IMG/VR virus record: IMGVR_UViG_3300042458_002038
Location: 1 to 64,000 of that record
DNA: 64,000 bases
DNA from: a virus
Strand: one strand, 5' to 3'
Under the pieces are notes generated by a model. The model saw nothing but the letters and a program-made list of their open reading frames with translations. It searched no databases and had not been told where the DNA came from. Of the stretch, positions 27,854-37,584 are shown piece by piece. The stretch's first letter is position 1. Every line of letters starts with the position of its first letter. Made by a program: the position numbers and the translations under genes.

Positions 27854-29386
27854 TCAAGCATATGATTCAATCATTCGTGACAGTTCGGCATCACTAATTT
27901 CAACGCCACTTGCAATAGCACCAGCACTCATGTTTAGGCCGCGTGATAATTTACGAAGGTTAGCACTTTGTTTGCTCTTGCCTTTGCGCAACAGGTCAAC
28001 AACATGCTTACGTGCTTTATCATCCAGCTGAAGACCATCCTCAAGAGTAATCTTACCAACAATTTTATCCATGAAATCATAAATTTCAGCTTCAGTTGGA
28101 TCAATATTGATAATGAACGCACGAGTACGCAGCGCGCCATCAGGATCAAGTTTGTTTAATGGAAGGTTACTAATAAAAATAACTTTACCTGTAAATTCAA
28201 AATAACGCGGAATCAAGCCTGCATCAAGAATTTCTTCATCGGTCATGTCATCAGGATCAGCAACATTTTTACCCATTTTGTTCCACACCAACTTACGAAT
28301 CTTCTTGGTATCGGTAGCGGCCTTCAACAAGTTGCGTGCTTCTTGATCACCCAATGCATCGTCGGAATCATCAAAGAAGATGATCTTATCCTTATAGCGG
28401 AACAGCAATGAGTATAAACCAGCAGCGCTCGCACTACCAGTATTTTTAAAGTAACCAGCGCCATCGCGCAATCCAAGGTTACTAAGGATTTGTTCGGTTG
28501 TATGTGTTTTACCAACGCCACCTTTACCACTGACAAACAATGCATTGGCAGCACCGCTAACAGTCATTTTAACTAGATTCTCTAGGTCGACCAATTGAGC
28601 TTCAAAGGTGAGGCGCTCTTGATCGCTTTCAAGAGCGTTGATCTCTTGAGATATAACATACTTTTCTTTAGCAGAGCCACGCGTTACCTTTGCTTCAACA
28701 CTGCCAGTTGCATCAAGCAGCGCACCTTGTTCTTTGCGAATCTTTTCGATGTCCTTTGCTTTACCAGCCCATGTGAACTTTGTGCCAGTCTTGACAAACA
28801 GCGATGGGTATGAGGTTTCAAGCTGATCAAAAATCTTCTGACCAGCACTCTTGTGTTTGGTATATACCTTGCCTTTTGCGAAGGAAGGTTCGGTAACCAT
28901 ATCCAAGATATCATTAAGAATATCTACTGGGCTAGCGGCTTCAGCTAAAAAATCATAATTAAAATCTTCGTTGAGTGGCACATCATCAGGCATGGTACGA
29001 ATCTTGCCCAGCTCAATGCTGTTGTTTTTAAGTGCATCTGCAATGAGTGGCAATACTTTAACAACGCTTACAGTCTGATCAAATTCAATATGGAAAGGTG
29101 CTGGTGTTTTACCATTCCAAAAATCAATGCTTGCAAGATTTGAATAGCCAGCTTGACTAGTGCTTTTCCAGTTGAAACGCAATGACATATTCTTTTTGCT
29201 AGAATAGAAACGCAAACCAAAGCCTGCTCCATCAGCGTTCTTAAATGCTTCAAGGCCAGGATAACGAAACAGGATTACACCAGTTTTCTTCTTTAGATAT
29301 TTAGCAATTAGGAATGCTGATTTATCGACTGACGAGGTTGACATGGCCTCAGCCAAATAACTTTTAAAACTTACTACGTTTGACAT
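27854..29386 (-). CDS. P-loop (AAA+-like) ATPase with N-terminal extension
   Basis: GKGGVGKT, IIFFDDSD, IFISN, ALRTR; VSFKSYLAE leader; late promoter at 29393-29400. Confidence 0.8.
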   Translation of the reverse strand: MSNVVSFKSYLAEAMSTSSVDKSAFLIAKYLKKKTGVILFRYPGLEAFKNADGAGFGLRFYSSKKNMSLRFNWKSTSQAGYSNLASIDFWNGKTPAPFHIEFDQTVSVVKVLPLIADALKNNSIELGKIRTMPDDVPLNEDFNYDFLAEAASPVDILNDILDMVTEPSFAKGKVYTKHKSAGQKIFDQLETSYPSLFVKTGTKFTWAGKAKDIEKIRKEQGALLDATGSVEAKVTRGSAKEKYVISQEINALESDQERLTFEAQLVDLENLVKMTVSGAANALFVSGKGGVGKTHTTEQILSNLGLRDGAGYFKNTGSASAAGLYSLLFRYKDKIIFFDDSDDALGDQEARNLLKAATDTKKIRKLVWNKMGKNVADPDDMTDEEILDAGLIPRYFEFTGKVIFISNLPLNKLDPDGALRTRAFIINIDPTEAEIYDFMDKIVGKITLEDGLQLDDKARKHVVDLLRKGKSKQSANLRKLSRGLNMSAGAIASGVEISDAELSRMIESYA

Positions 29387-29406
29387 ATATGTTATTTATA
29401 ATAAAG

Positions 29407-30807
29407 TTAGATTTTAAAATCGTCAAACTTATTACTTCGTGCTGCTCCGCTTCGCCCTGCAGCAAAAGGAGTTTGTGGAGCAGATTGCGAAGAGTCATCA
29501 CTCATAATATTTGCGGTTGGATCGCTAACATCATACAGTCTCATCTTTGCAAGATCGATGCCAATTGTGAATCGTTTATTAGTTGATGAATCATTGTAAC
29601 GATTCTTAAGTTGTTTGACCATAATTTGATTCATCTTGTCAAGTTGTTCTGTACGAATAAATGCAATCATCAAGTCAGCGGTTGCAGGTAGTCCAAAACT
29701 TTCGCTGGTATCCGTAATTTCAATATCCGACGATTGATATCCCGATCGTGTAACTTGAGTTGCACTCCAAATGGGTACATTAAATTCAACAGCCAATCCG
29801 CGAATCTCTTCGGCAATACTTTTAATAAGACTATATGTATTGATGCTTCCGCTCAATCCTTTCATACGGCTGCTCGCGCAAATGTTTAGATAGTCAATAT
29901 AAATGATGTCTGGCTCAAACTTCTTTTTTAATTTTAGTTCAAGCAACAATGCGCGGAAGTGACCGACATGTGCACTCGCAGTTGGATATTCCTTAACAAC
30001 AAGTTTGCCTTTGGTTTTATCACTGATACCTTTAACCTTATTATTGAATGATGCTTTAGTCAAGTCCTTCAACTGATCAATACGCACATCGAATAGATTG
30101 GCATCAATACGCTCAGCAATCTTTTCTTCGGCCATTTCCATTGTGATATACAATACGTTGCGCCCTTCTGATAGTGCTGCACTAGCCATATGGCACATAC
30201 CTAAACTTTTTCCGCAGGCTGTGCCAGCCAAGATGATGTTGAGCGTCTTGCGAGGAATACCTCCGCCTGTAATGGTGTTAAGCATTTCAAGGTCAAATGC
30301 AATTTTATCTTCGGTCTTGTGGTAAAAGTCATAGCGGCTTTCAGCATTCTCAAGATAGTCATGTCCAACATTTGTATCAAAGGTAACACTCAATGCATTG
30401 CTAAGAATGGTTGGAATTGCACCTTCGGTTTGATCTTTACTTTTGCCGTCAATAATACTGACAGCTTCCATAATTGCAAGATGCACAGCACGATCCTTAC
30501 ACCACTTTTCAGTGTTGTCCACCAGCCAATCATAGTCAACACTTGCAGGACTATCAATATCACGAATGCTACTCAACACTTCATGATGGTCATTGCGATT
30601 AATGTAATCGCTATTTTGAAACTCAATGTCTAGTACGCTGCTAGTTGGCAGCTTGTTGTACTTACTGATAAATGACAAGATCAGCTCATACAATACTTTG
30701 TGCTGCCCTTCAAAGTATTCGGGTTTTAAATGAGGAAGCGCTTTGCGCGTAAACATTTCATTTTGTATCAGGTTTTTAATGATTATTTCCTCAAGATTCT
30801 TTTGCAT
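29407..30807 (-). CDS. gp41: replicative DNA helicase
   Basis: AGTACGKSL, TMEMAEEKIAERIDANL, KEYPTASAH, IDYLNIC, SATQ.TRSG, DTSESFGLPATAD, QLKNRY. Confidence 0.95.
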   Translation of the reverse strand: MQKNLEEIIIKNLIQNEMFTRKALPHLKPEYFEGQHKVLYELILSFISKYNKLPTSSVLDIEFQNSDYINRNDHHEVLSSIRDIDSPASVDYDWLVDNTEKWCKDRAVHLAIMEAVSIIDGKSKDQTEGAIPTILSNALSVTFDTNVGHDYLENAESRYDFYHKTEDKIAFDLEMLNTITGGGIPRKTLNIILAGTACGKSLGMCHMASAALSEGRNVLYITMEMAEEKIAERIDANLFDVRIDQLKDLTKASFNNKVKGISDKTKGKLVVKEYPTASAHVGHFRALLLELKLKKKFEPDIIYIDYLNICASSRMKGLSGSINTYSLIKSIAEEIRGLAVEFNVPIWSATQVTRSGYQSSDIEITDTSESFGLPATADLMIAFIRTEQLDKMNQIMVKQLKNRYNDSSTNKRFTIGIDLAKMRLYDVSDPTANIMSDDSSQSAPQTPFAAGRSGAARSNKFDDFKI

Positions 30808-31099
30808 CGTTGTTTCCAATTTTAAATTCGCTTTGTGATAATAGATGATTTAGTAAGTCTCCAATATGATTCTTAAAGTCAGTGTCTTTGTCTAGAGATT
30901 CCTTAAGCAGCCCTTCTGGAGTGCTTTCAATCTTATAGACAAATGAAACCTTCAAGACATCATTTTCTTTGTCCTCAGTAAGGCGGGTGCGTCCATATGT
31001 ATAGATCACACCCGCCCAACGTCCAGACAATAATTTTATCGAGTATTGATCGCTATGTAAATCATTTTCGACAAAAATATAGTCTTTTTTCTCAGTCAT
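30791..31099 (-). CDS. gp40-like protein
   Basis: Size and position between uvsX and gp41 as in T4. Confidence 0.55.
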   Translation of the reverse strand: MTEKKDYIFVENDLHSDQYSIKLLSGRWAGVIYTYGRTRLTEDKENDVLKVSFVYKIESTPEGLLKESLDKDTDFKNHIGDLLNHLLSQSEFKIGNNDAKES

Positions 31100-31670
31100 C
31101 TGTTTGTTCTTCAGGCGATTCTTCAAAGGTGATTGCACTCTCAGGAACACGATCAAGATTAACTTCAACGTCATTCATCATGTCGCGCAGGCCGATGGTA
31201 TACTTGTTTTTGAGATATTCCGCAAAGTCAGTATTCTTAAATACAGTCTCCCAGAATTCTTTAGTCATGGTTTGAGCAGCACGCAGGTTGCCAGTCAACT
31301 CAACATCCTTTGCAATGTCCCATGCTTGGTACCAACCATTCTTTGGCTTGCGAACATAGCCACCAAGAATAGCAATATCCAATAGGCCGCTCCATTTTTG
31401 AACGCCACCTTCCCAGCTTACGCTGATTGGAATTTTGCTTTTTTCTTTAACAAAGCGACTCTTTTCTACATTGATTACAAAGTGATAACCTTGAATTTCA
31501 GTACCATCTTTATCTTGTTGGCGACCAATAATCCAAACATTGTCCGCACTATACATGATGCCTGTGTTATGCGTCACAACACCATTCTTAAGAATATAGT
31601 GTTCAGCATCTTTAACGCTAAGGTCATATACTTTTTGCCGCCCTATTGATTTAATTTCTTTAATTTTCAT
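31092..31670 (-). CDS. uvsX: split intein C-fragment (35 aa) fused to UvsX C-extein
   Basis: MKIKEIKSIG..VYDLSV..Y..NGVVTHN|TGIMYSADN..IGRQQDK..VEKSRFVKEKSKIP. Confidence 0.92.
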   Translation of the reverse strand: MKIKEIKSIGRQKVYDLSVKDAEHYILKNGVVTHNTGIMYSADNVWIIGRQQDKDGTEIQGYHFVINVEKSRFVKEKSKIPISVSWEGGVQKWSGLLDIAILGGYVRKPKNGWYQAWDIAKDVELTGNLRAAQTMTKEFWETVFKNTDFAEYLKNKYTIGLRDMMNDVEVNLDRVPESAITFEESPEEQTDD

Positions 31671-31679
31671 TATGTTATA

Positions 31680-32558
31680 TTATAATATATTTTCTTCTGT
31701 TTGTAAAGGTCTTTTTTTACATTTATCGCCATGCCATCTTTTAAAATTTGATGTGTCTATATCTCTATTGCAATGCTTGCATGTTTGCATTTGAAGACCT
31801 TGAGTAATTACTTTATAACGATATGGGTTAATCCATTCATCGGAATCTAGCTGTATTGCTTCATGTTTACTGACACGGATATTTTCACCAGTGATAACAT
31901 TTTTTAATGTTACAAGATCAGATCTACCTATTTTAGCTTTCCATTCTGGAGTGCGGTTTATTTTAGCTACATTTTCTCTAAACCATTCAATATCTTCAGG
32001 CTTTCTTTTATTGCCTTTATTTTTATCTCCAATAATTTTTCTAGTTTCTTCAGTATGGGTTTTTCCATAAAAACCGTTATCTTTACCAGAACGAATGATT
32101 TTTTGTTTGGTTTCTTCTGATAATTTATTGCCAAACGTCACACCAACATATTCACCATTTAATACTGATGAGTCATCTCTGGAAAGTCTAACAATCTTTC
32201 CAGTTTCTTTGTTTTTATATGTAGCATAATTTGGATTATGAAATGTATTTTCCATTGCTATAGATTTATTAAAATATTCCGGTGATGACACTGCAGATAC
32301 TTTTATTTGTTCTTCCGCTTCACGCTGAAGAACTTTTTCATAATCTTCAGACGAATATAAAATTTCTATTTCACATATATCAGATTGCACCATCTCTTTA
32401 TAGTTTTCCCATGTTGAAGATCCATAATAAGGTTTATTACGGCCGTCATATATTATGCCATTCTTAAAAGAGCAATTTGACTTTGATCCAATATAAAGGT
32501 ATGGTAAAATACCAGCAACTTTGCGTTTACTAAATGTTATTTTATATACTAAGTTCAT
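31680..32558 (-). CDS. GIY-YIG/NUMOD3 homing endonuclease between uvsX halves
   Basis: LVY..YLYIGSK..YYGSS..YFN; FYGKTHTEETR; C-terminal CKHC..RWH..C. Confidence 0.85.
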   Translation of the reverse strand: MNLVYKITFSKRKVAGILPYLYIGSKSNCSFKNGIIYDGRNKPYYGSSTWENYKEMVQSDICEIEILYSSEDYEKVLQREAEEQIKVSAVSSPEYFNKSIAMENTFHNPNYATYKNKETGKIVRLSRDDSSVLNGEYVGVTFGNKLSEETKQKIIRSGKDNGFYGKTHTEETRKIIGDKNKGNKRKPEDIEWFRENVAKINRTPEWKAKIGRSDLVTLKNVITGENIRVSKHEAIQLDSDEWINPYRYKVITQGLQMQTCKHCNRDIDTSNFKRWHGDKCKKRPLQTEENIL

Positions 32559-32595
32559 CGGTTGTATGGGTTTATTTATACAACCGATGAACTTA
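32550..32595 (-). promoter_or_regulatory. late promoter inside a hairpin that sequesters the endonuclease start codon
   Basis: 18-bp perfect stem TAAGTTCATCGGTTGTAT/ATACAACCGATGAACTTA with TATAAATA at 32573-32580. Confidence 0.8.
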
Positions 32596-32599
32596 AGAA

Positions 32600-33514
32600 T
32601 CAGATCAATACTTTACAATCTTGTCCAACCGTTAGGTCTTTTGCTTCTACCCAAAGGTCATCAATCATGAATTTGTGTTTATCACTGCAAACAATGGTGT
32701 GGCCATCCTCAAATGTAACTTCATAACATTCCGGTTCGCCTTCATCGAGCGTGTCTGGATTCCAAACAGCAGTAACTTCTTTAGGGCCATCTAATGTTTG
32801 AACATTATCACCAGCAATAAAGTCTTCAACCGGTTTAGTTGTTCCATCAGGCAGAGTAATAAGAGTTCCCGCAGCAACACAACCTCCACTAACAATAGCT
32901 TTTGGGAACAATCCAATTTCTTGATAGGTATGGTTGATTGCAAGCAAGCAAATGTTTTTCATTGTAAGGTATGGCGTAACCATACGGAACAATCCTTTAA
33001 GCGCTTTAGCACGAGTCATGTCGGCCACGCTCTTTTCATTCATTGCATCTTCCAATTCTTTTTTGGACGCAAGGTTACCAACACTATCAATAACAATAAT
33101 TACTTTATCCTTGCGCTCCATCTGCTCAAGTTGATTCACAATATCAAACTTGAGTTCTTCAATATTTTTAATGGGAATATGCAATACTCGGTTGGTATCA
33201 ATACCAAAGCTTTCAAAGTATTGCTGAGGACTACCAAATTCACTATCATAAAACATAAGACAAGCATCTTTATGTTTCTTAAGATATGCACCGGCCATAA
33301 GCAATGCAAAGCTAGTCTTAAAGTGCTTTGATGGACCAGCAAGAACGGTAAGGCCGCTGGTCAATCCACCGTCAATACTGCCACTTAATGCGACATTGAC
33401 CATTGGTACACTTGTGGAGGTGATGTCTTTTTCAGCATAAAAATCGCTGTCAGCCAAGACGTCGGCTTCTTTAATTCGGCAATTCTTTTTTAGTTTTTCT
33501 AGTACAGATGACAT
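32600..33514 (-). CDS. uvsX: UvsX (RecA-like) N-extein fused to split intein N-fragment (93 aa)
   Basis: AGPSKHFKTSF, FYDSEFG, IDSVGNLASKKE, NHTY..VSGG|CVAAGTLI..CSDKHKF..WVEAKDL. Confidence 0.93.
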   Translation of the reverse strand: MSSVLEKLKKNCRIKEADVLADSDFYAEKDITSTSVPMVNVALSGSIDGGLTSGLTVLAGPSKHFKTSFALLMAGAYLKKHKDACLMFYDSEFGSPQQYFESFGIDTNRVLHIPIKNIEELKFDIVNQLEQMERKDKVIIVIDSVGNLASKKELEDAMNEKSVADMTRAKALKGLFRMVTPYLTMKNICLLAINHTYQEIGLFPKAIVSGGCVAAGTLITLPDGTTKPVEDFIAGDNVQTLDGPKEVTAVWNPDTLDEGEPECYEVTFEDGHTIVCSDKHKFMIDDLWVEAKDLTVGQDCKVLI

Positions 33515-33536
33515 ATATTATTTCGTTGAGATATTA

Positions 33537-34808
33537 TTATAACAGGTTTTTCTTGGAATGTAAACTAAAAAATTCATCAAGTTCATGAGAATTATTTAGC
33601 AGCACACGTGTAGGATATTCAACCGTCTTATTCTTATTGCTTTGTTTGGTATAGTTACTTTCACTCCAAGTAACATCGCCATCAAGATACTTTACTACAT
33701 TAAGCATCATATCACGAGCTGTACTTACAGGTACATTTTGGCAGATGTGATTAATCTTGGTTTTAAGCGGGTGCAATGATGCAAGATTAAAGTCTTCAGG
33801 CATCTTCATAACACGGAGACAGTCACGTACAGTTGGAAAGCTTTGAGTAAATGGATTAATCATCCAGAATGGCAATGCTCCAATCAGACTAGGAATAATA
33901 CCTTTGACCATAGTAATGCCATGCGCCCAGTAACCCATACCTTTTGCACGTTTAGCGGCCATATCCCGAGCACGTCCTGCAGTTTTAGTATAACCATTCG
34001 CATCCATCCATTCCGATACAACTGTAAGATTATCACCTAAGCCGCCGTCGGCCCAGACAATAAGATTCTGTGTATCATCCAGGGTGTCATATAGTTCTTT
34101 AATATCTTTAGTACCAGTCTTGTGCATGGCGTATGCAGCCCAACCATTGGTATTGGGATCGTCTTCATTGCAAGAGATATTCATTGGATCACCATCAGCA
34201 TATGCCATATTAAAGATGTTTTCAATGGGTTCTCCAGGAACATTAAACCAACTAAATAACGGAGCAGATGTACTCTTAGTAAAGAAGTAGAATGTGCGGC
34301 CGCGCTTTTGAGACAGGCCGTGAAGGCGGCTTTCAGTATAATACAAGTTTAAGCTATACCCATACTTTTCGCCGATAGCAAACAAACGGTCTGCGACTTT
34401 TTTACCCATGTTGCTGTATAAACGTGGAGCATTCTCGCCCCAAAATACTTTAGGACCTACTTTATCAAGTACATATTCAGCAGTGGTATACAACCATTCA
34501 TTAACTGCACTATCTGCACTGCTTGCAGTGCTAAGGCTGCTCAAACCAGCACAAGGGCAGGTGGAATTTACAACATCAACCGATTCTGGTACATAATCAG
34601 GCTGTTTGTCAAGGTGAATATAGTCACCAGTCCATCCTTTTGTGTTGCGGATGTATTGAATGTAGTGATCATCATTGCTTGCAAAGGGACTATATGATAA
34701 TACGTATTCTGGAAGTTGTCCATCTAGTGCTTCCATGACTCCAAGTGATTCACCGCCAATAAGCGGTACGATTGATGCGTATGTGTATTTCTTTTGTGCG
34801 TTCTCCAT
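33537..34808 (-). CDS. DNA cytosine-C5 methyltransferase-like protein
   Basis: TCPCAGLS (motif IV), WGENAP (VI), SQKRGRTF (VIII), TVRDCLRVM..PEDF, CQNVP (X); motif I degenerate (PLIGG). Confidence 0.75.
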   Translation of the reverse strand: MENAQKKYTYASIVPLIGGESLGVMEALDGQLPEYVLSYSPFASNDDHYIQYIRNTKGWTGDYIHLDKQPDYVPESVDVVNSTCPCAGLSSLSTASSADSAVNEWLYTTAEYVLDKVGPKVFWGENAPRLYSNMGKKVADRLFAIGEKYGYSLNLYYTESRLHGLSQKRGRTFYFFTKSTSAPLFSWFNVPGEPIENIFNMAYADGDPMNISCNEDDPNTNGWAAYAMHKTGTKDIKELYDTLDDTQNLIVWADGGLGDNLTVVSEWMDANGYTKTAGRARDMAAKRAKGMGYWAHGITMVKGIIPSLIGALPFWMINPFTQSFPTVRDCLRVMKMPEDFNLASLHPLKTKINHICQNVPVSTARDMMLNVVKYLDGDVTWSESNYTKQSNKNKTVEYPTRVLLNNSHELDEFFSLHSKKNLL

Positions 34809-34816
34809 AAATTGAT

Positions 34817-36100
34817 TTATAGGACTTTGCCGGGACCCGTAATCTTATTCAATGCAGCTAGCGTAACATCATTCAAATGCTCACCAGAATAGTATGATGG
34901 CTTTAACATAGTATCAAGAGTATCGCGCAACTTAGTATATGCGTCTGGATTACTTTCAAGATATGCAATCTTATCAAACAGGTCTTTACTGTCCTTTACA
35001 CGCAAGAACTGTGGAGCATTTAAATGGTTTTGTTCATCATAAGTTGGATGCAGGAATGGTATGATTCCATAATGAGCCATCTCCCAGAACTTCATGGTGA
35101 CCCATCCTTTTTTGATAGGAATGCAATAAGTATATTTTACGCGGGGCAGCATGCTTTGCAATTCATGGAACGGTAAGCTGCCTTTAAAACGAGAGTCTGT
35201 TCCAATAGTACGCTCATCCCATTTGCCATAGATTGCTACATCTTGTACATGGTTAAGAATGGTTTCTTTCAACAGGTTGTATCGTGATGGTCGCCCCTCA
35301 TTGAGAACAATCATAAAGTTGATGTCTTTTATACCAGCCGGCTCTGGTATGTCTTCACCAAAGAATGTATCCAACGACGAAGTTTCCGTTTCGGCGCTTT
35401 GCTTTTCTTTATCTTGTCCAATAAGAAAGATGGTTTCCATTGCACTATAGGTACTGGGAATGGTGTGCACTACCGTTTCATTGTCTGTATAGTTTTTACG
35501 AACTGTTACACGCGTATCTTCATCATATTGTGACAAGACAATGGTTGGCATATGAATCCAATCGCGTGCATTAGGAGGCCAGAAGCGTGGATCATTTACA
35601 ATGAGAATGTATGGGATGTGGCGATTATCATTCATCCAATCCGTCATGGGTGCAACATATTTGCATAACATTTCAAGAGGACTTGCAACCTCACTAGGGT
35701 TACGCATTTTGGTAACCTTAAATGGAATGTTGGTAGTACCGGTTGGACCAGTAAATACAACACCAGCATCAAACTTTACATGATTGAGTGCAACATATTC
35801 TTTAAGGTATTCTATATTGTGTAATTTACTGTCCATTGGATTGTTCTTTTTCCAATCCACAAACTGCTTACCCCAAATGTCAACCACATTACCATTCGCA
35901 TTGATGCGTTGCTTTTCGCTGCTGCTTAGACGTGAAAAGTCATTGCAACCCAACAGGTAAAATGTAATGCTAGGATTACGCGCAAATAGGTTTTCATAAT
36001 ACTTGGGCGCTTCGCAGTCACCGCCAATATTCCCCCATGAATCGCGATTAAACAATATGCTCTTGCCAATCTTTCCTACATATACATTCATATTATCCAA
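34817..36100 (-). CDS. GT-B glycosyltransferase (phage DNA glycosyltransferase-like)
   Basis: NDPR, IYGKW, W.TMKFWEM..YGIIPFLHPTYDEQ; position next to uvsX and gp42 like T4 beta-gt. Confidence 0.7.
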   Translation of the reverse strand: MDNMNVYVGKIGKSILFNRDSWGNIGGDCEAPKYYENLFARNPSITFYLLGCNDFSRLSSSEKQRINANGNVVDIWGKQFVDWKKNNPMDSKLHNIEYLKEYVALNHVKFDAGVVFTGPTGTTNIPFKVTKMRNPSEVASPLEMLCKYVAPMTDWMNDNRHIPYILIVNDPRFWPPNARDWIHMPTIVLSQYDEDTRVTVRKNYTDNETVVHTIPSTYSAMETIFLIGQDKEKQSAETETSSLDTFFGEDIPEPAGIKDINFMIVLNEGRPSRYNLLKETILNHVQDVAIYGKWDERTIGTDSRFKGSLPFHELQSMLPRVKYTYCIPIKKGWVTMKFWEMAHYGIIPFLHPTYDEQNHLNAPQFLRVKDSKDLFDKIAYLESNPDAYTKLRDTLDTMLKPSYYSGEHLNDVTLAALNKITGPGKVL

Positions 36101-37112
36101 TCTTAACGCTGTCTGTATTCAAGTCAACCATGTAGGTTAGAGGATCAATGCCGCCGCGCTCAATTTCTTTTTCAAGGTAGGCAATTGTATCATCAAGTGC
36201 AGTTGAGATACTTTTCTTTGGGCACCAGCCAAGCGAGAGCGCCTTGCGAATATCCGCAAATATTTCAAATGCTTCACCGTTGATTTCCGGCATAAAGGTA
36301 TATTCTACTGCATCTGGCACTTCATATCCACGCGCTTTAAGTACACCTGCAACAGCATCACCAATTTCAAATAGGCTACAACTTTGTCCACGCCCAAGAT
36401 TGTATGTTTGGCCAATAGTGCGATCATCGGTTAAGCATTGAACGTGAAAAGCATTCACGTCATCAACATGAATAAAGTCCCTACGACGTTGGCCATCGCC
36501 GAAGATGATTGGGTTGTTACCTCCCATCATGCGAATAGCAAAGCCGGCAAACAGTGGAGGCACAGTGCGCTTGTAGTCTTGAATAGGCCCTGCAATATTA
36601 AAGTAACGCAATGCAGTATAGCGCAATCCTTTGGTGCGTGCATAACTTTCAGCAAGCAATGCAACAGCTGCTTTAGTGCTTGCATACACTGTAGTAGGAT
36701 CGCTTTGGCCTTCAAAATAACCATCTTGTAGCAGCTCACAATTTTCATATACTGCACTCGTCTCAGAGAAAACAACGCGTGGGCAACCGGCTGCAAGCAG
36801 TGCATCAAATACATTTACACTACCAACAATGTTGTTGTCAACCGCACTTGATGTGTCACGATGGCAATCATAAATGCTAACCAAGCCTGCAAAGTGAAAA
36901 GTAATGTCAGGTTTGATATTGCCAATGTGTAAATGCATTGCTTCACGGTCACGAATATCGCATTTGAAAAAACGGACACGATCATGCACTTCAGGGATAT
37001 ATGAGCCGTGCGCAAGATTGTCAATTACAATCACATCATGCCCTAGTTCTAACAAATCAGGAATAAGATTTGTTCCGACGAAGCCGCAGCCTCCAGTAAT
37101 AAGTATCTTCAT
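36093..37112 (-). CDS. NAD-dependent NDP-sugar epimerase/dehydratase
   Basis: ITGGCGFVG, YASTK, LRYFN.AGP, FGDG.Q.RDFIHV.D. Confidence 0.92.
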   Translation of the reverse strand: MKILITGGCGFVGTNLIPDLLELGHDVIVIDNLAHGSYIPEVHDRVRFFKCDIRDREAMHLHIGNIKPDITFHFAGLVSIYDCHRDTSSAVDNNIVGSVNVFDALLAAGCPRVVFSETSAVYENCELLQDGYFEGQSDPTTVYASTKAAVALLAESYARTKGLRYTALRYFNIAGPIQDYKRTVPPLFAGFAIRMMGGNNPIIFGDGQRRRDFIHVDDVNAFHVQCLTDDRTIGQTYNLGRGQSCSLFEIGDAVAGVLKARGYEVPDAVEYTFMPEINGEAFEIFADIRKALSLGWCPKKSISTALDDTIAYLEKEIERGGIDPLTYMVDLNTDSVKIG

Positions 37113-37128
37113 AGAGTTATATATGTGG

Positions 37129-37584
37129 TTAATTTTTCTTTGCAATGACGCGCGATCTCAATTCACTTGTAGAGAAACTGTGTCTTCTTTTGTTGTAATG
37201 GATTGGGCAAAGGTCTTTTCCGGTGTGATTGGTACCTTGGTATTCCTCGCCAACAATGCGCACATCAGGATTGATTGTAAGAATCATATCTTCCAGATCC
37301 TTTTCGGTTTCAAAGGGAATAATTTCGTCCACATATTTGCATGCTGATACTTGTAGGTATCGCTCAAATACACTTTGAACTGGTGCGTTCTTTGTATCAG
37401 CACGATCCTTTGTGGGATCAACCAATAATCCTACAATTAGATAGTCACACAATTGTTTTGCTTCCATAAGCATAACGGTATGACCTGCATGAAAGAGATC
37501 AAATGTTGATGCCGTAAAGCCTATACGAATTTCTTCAATGGGTTTGCCAATAAGTTTAGCCAGTGATTGTTTGTCGAGCAGCAT
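37129..37584 (-). CDS. cytidylyltransferase-like nucleotidyltransferase (TagD/HldE-C family)
   Basis: STFDLFHAGH, CDYLIVGL, ER..V..CKYVDE, R.HSFSTSELR. Confidence 0.88.
   Translation of the reverse strand: MLLDKQSLAKLIGKPIEEIRIGFTASTFDLFHAGHTVMLMEAKQLCDYLIVGLLVDPTKDRADTKNAPVQSVFERYLQVSACKYVDEIIPFETEKDLEDMILTINPDVRIVGEEYQGTNHTGKDLCPIHYNKRRHSFSTSELRSRVIAKKN

Noticed and set aside
29407-30807. Intein in gp41
   Set aside because: The usual TRSGY site is uninterrupted and the length is normal
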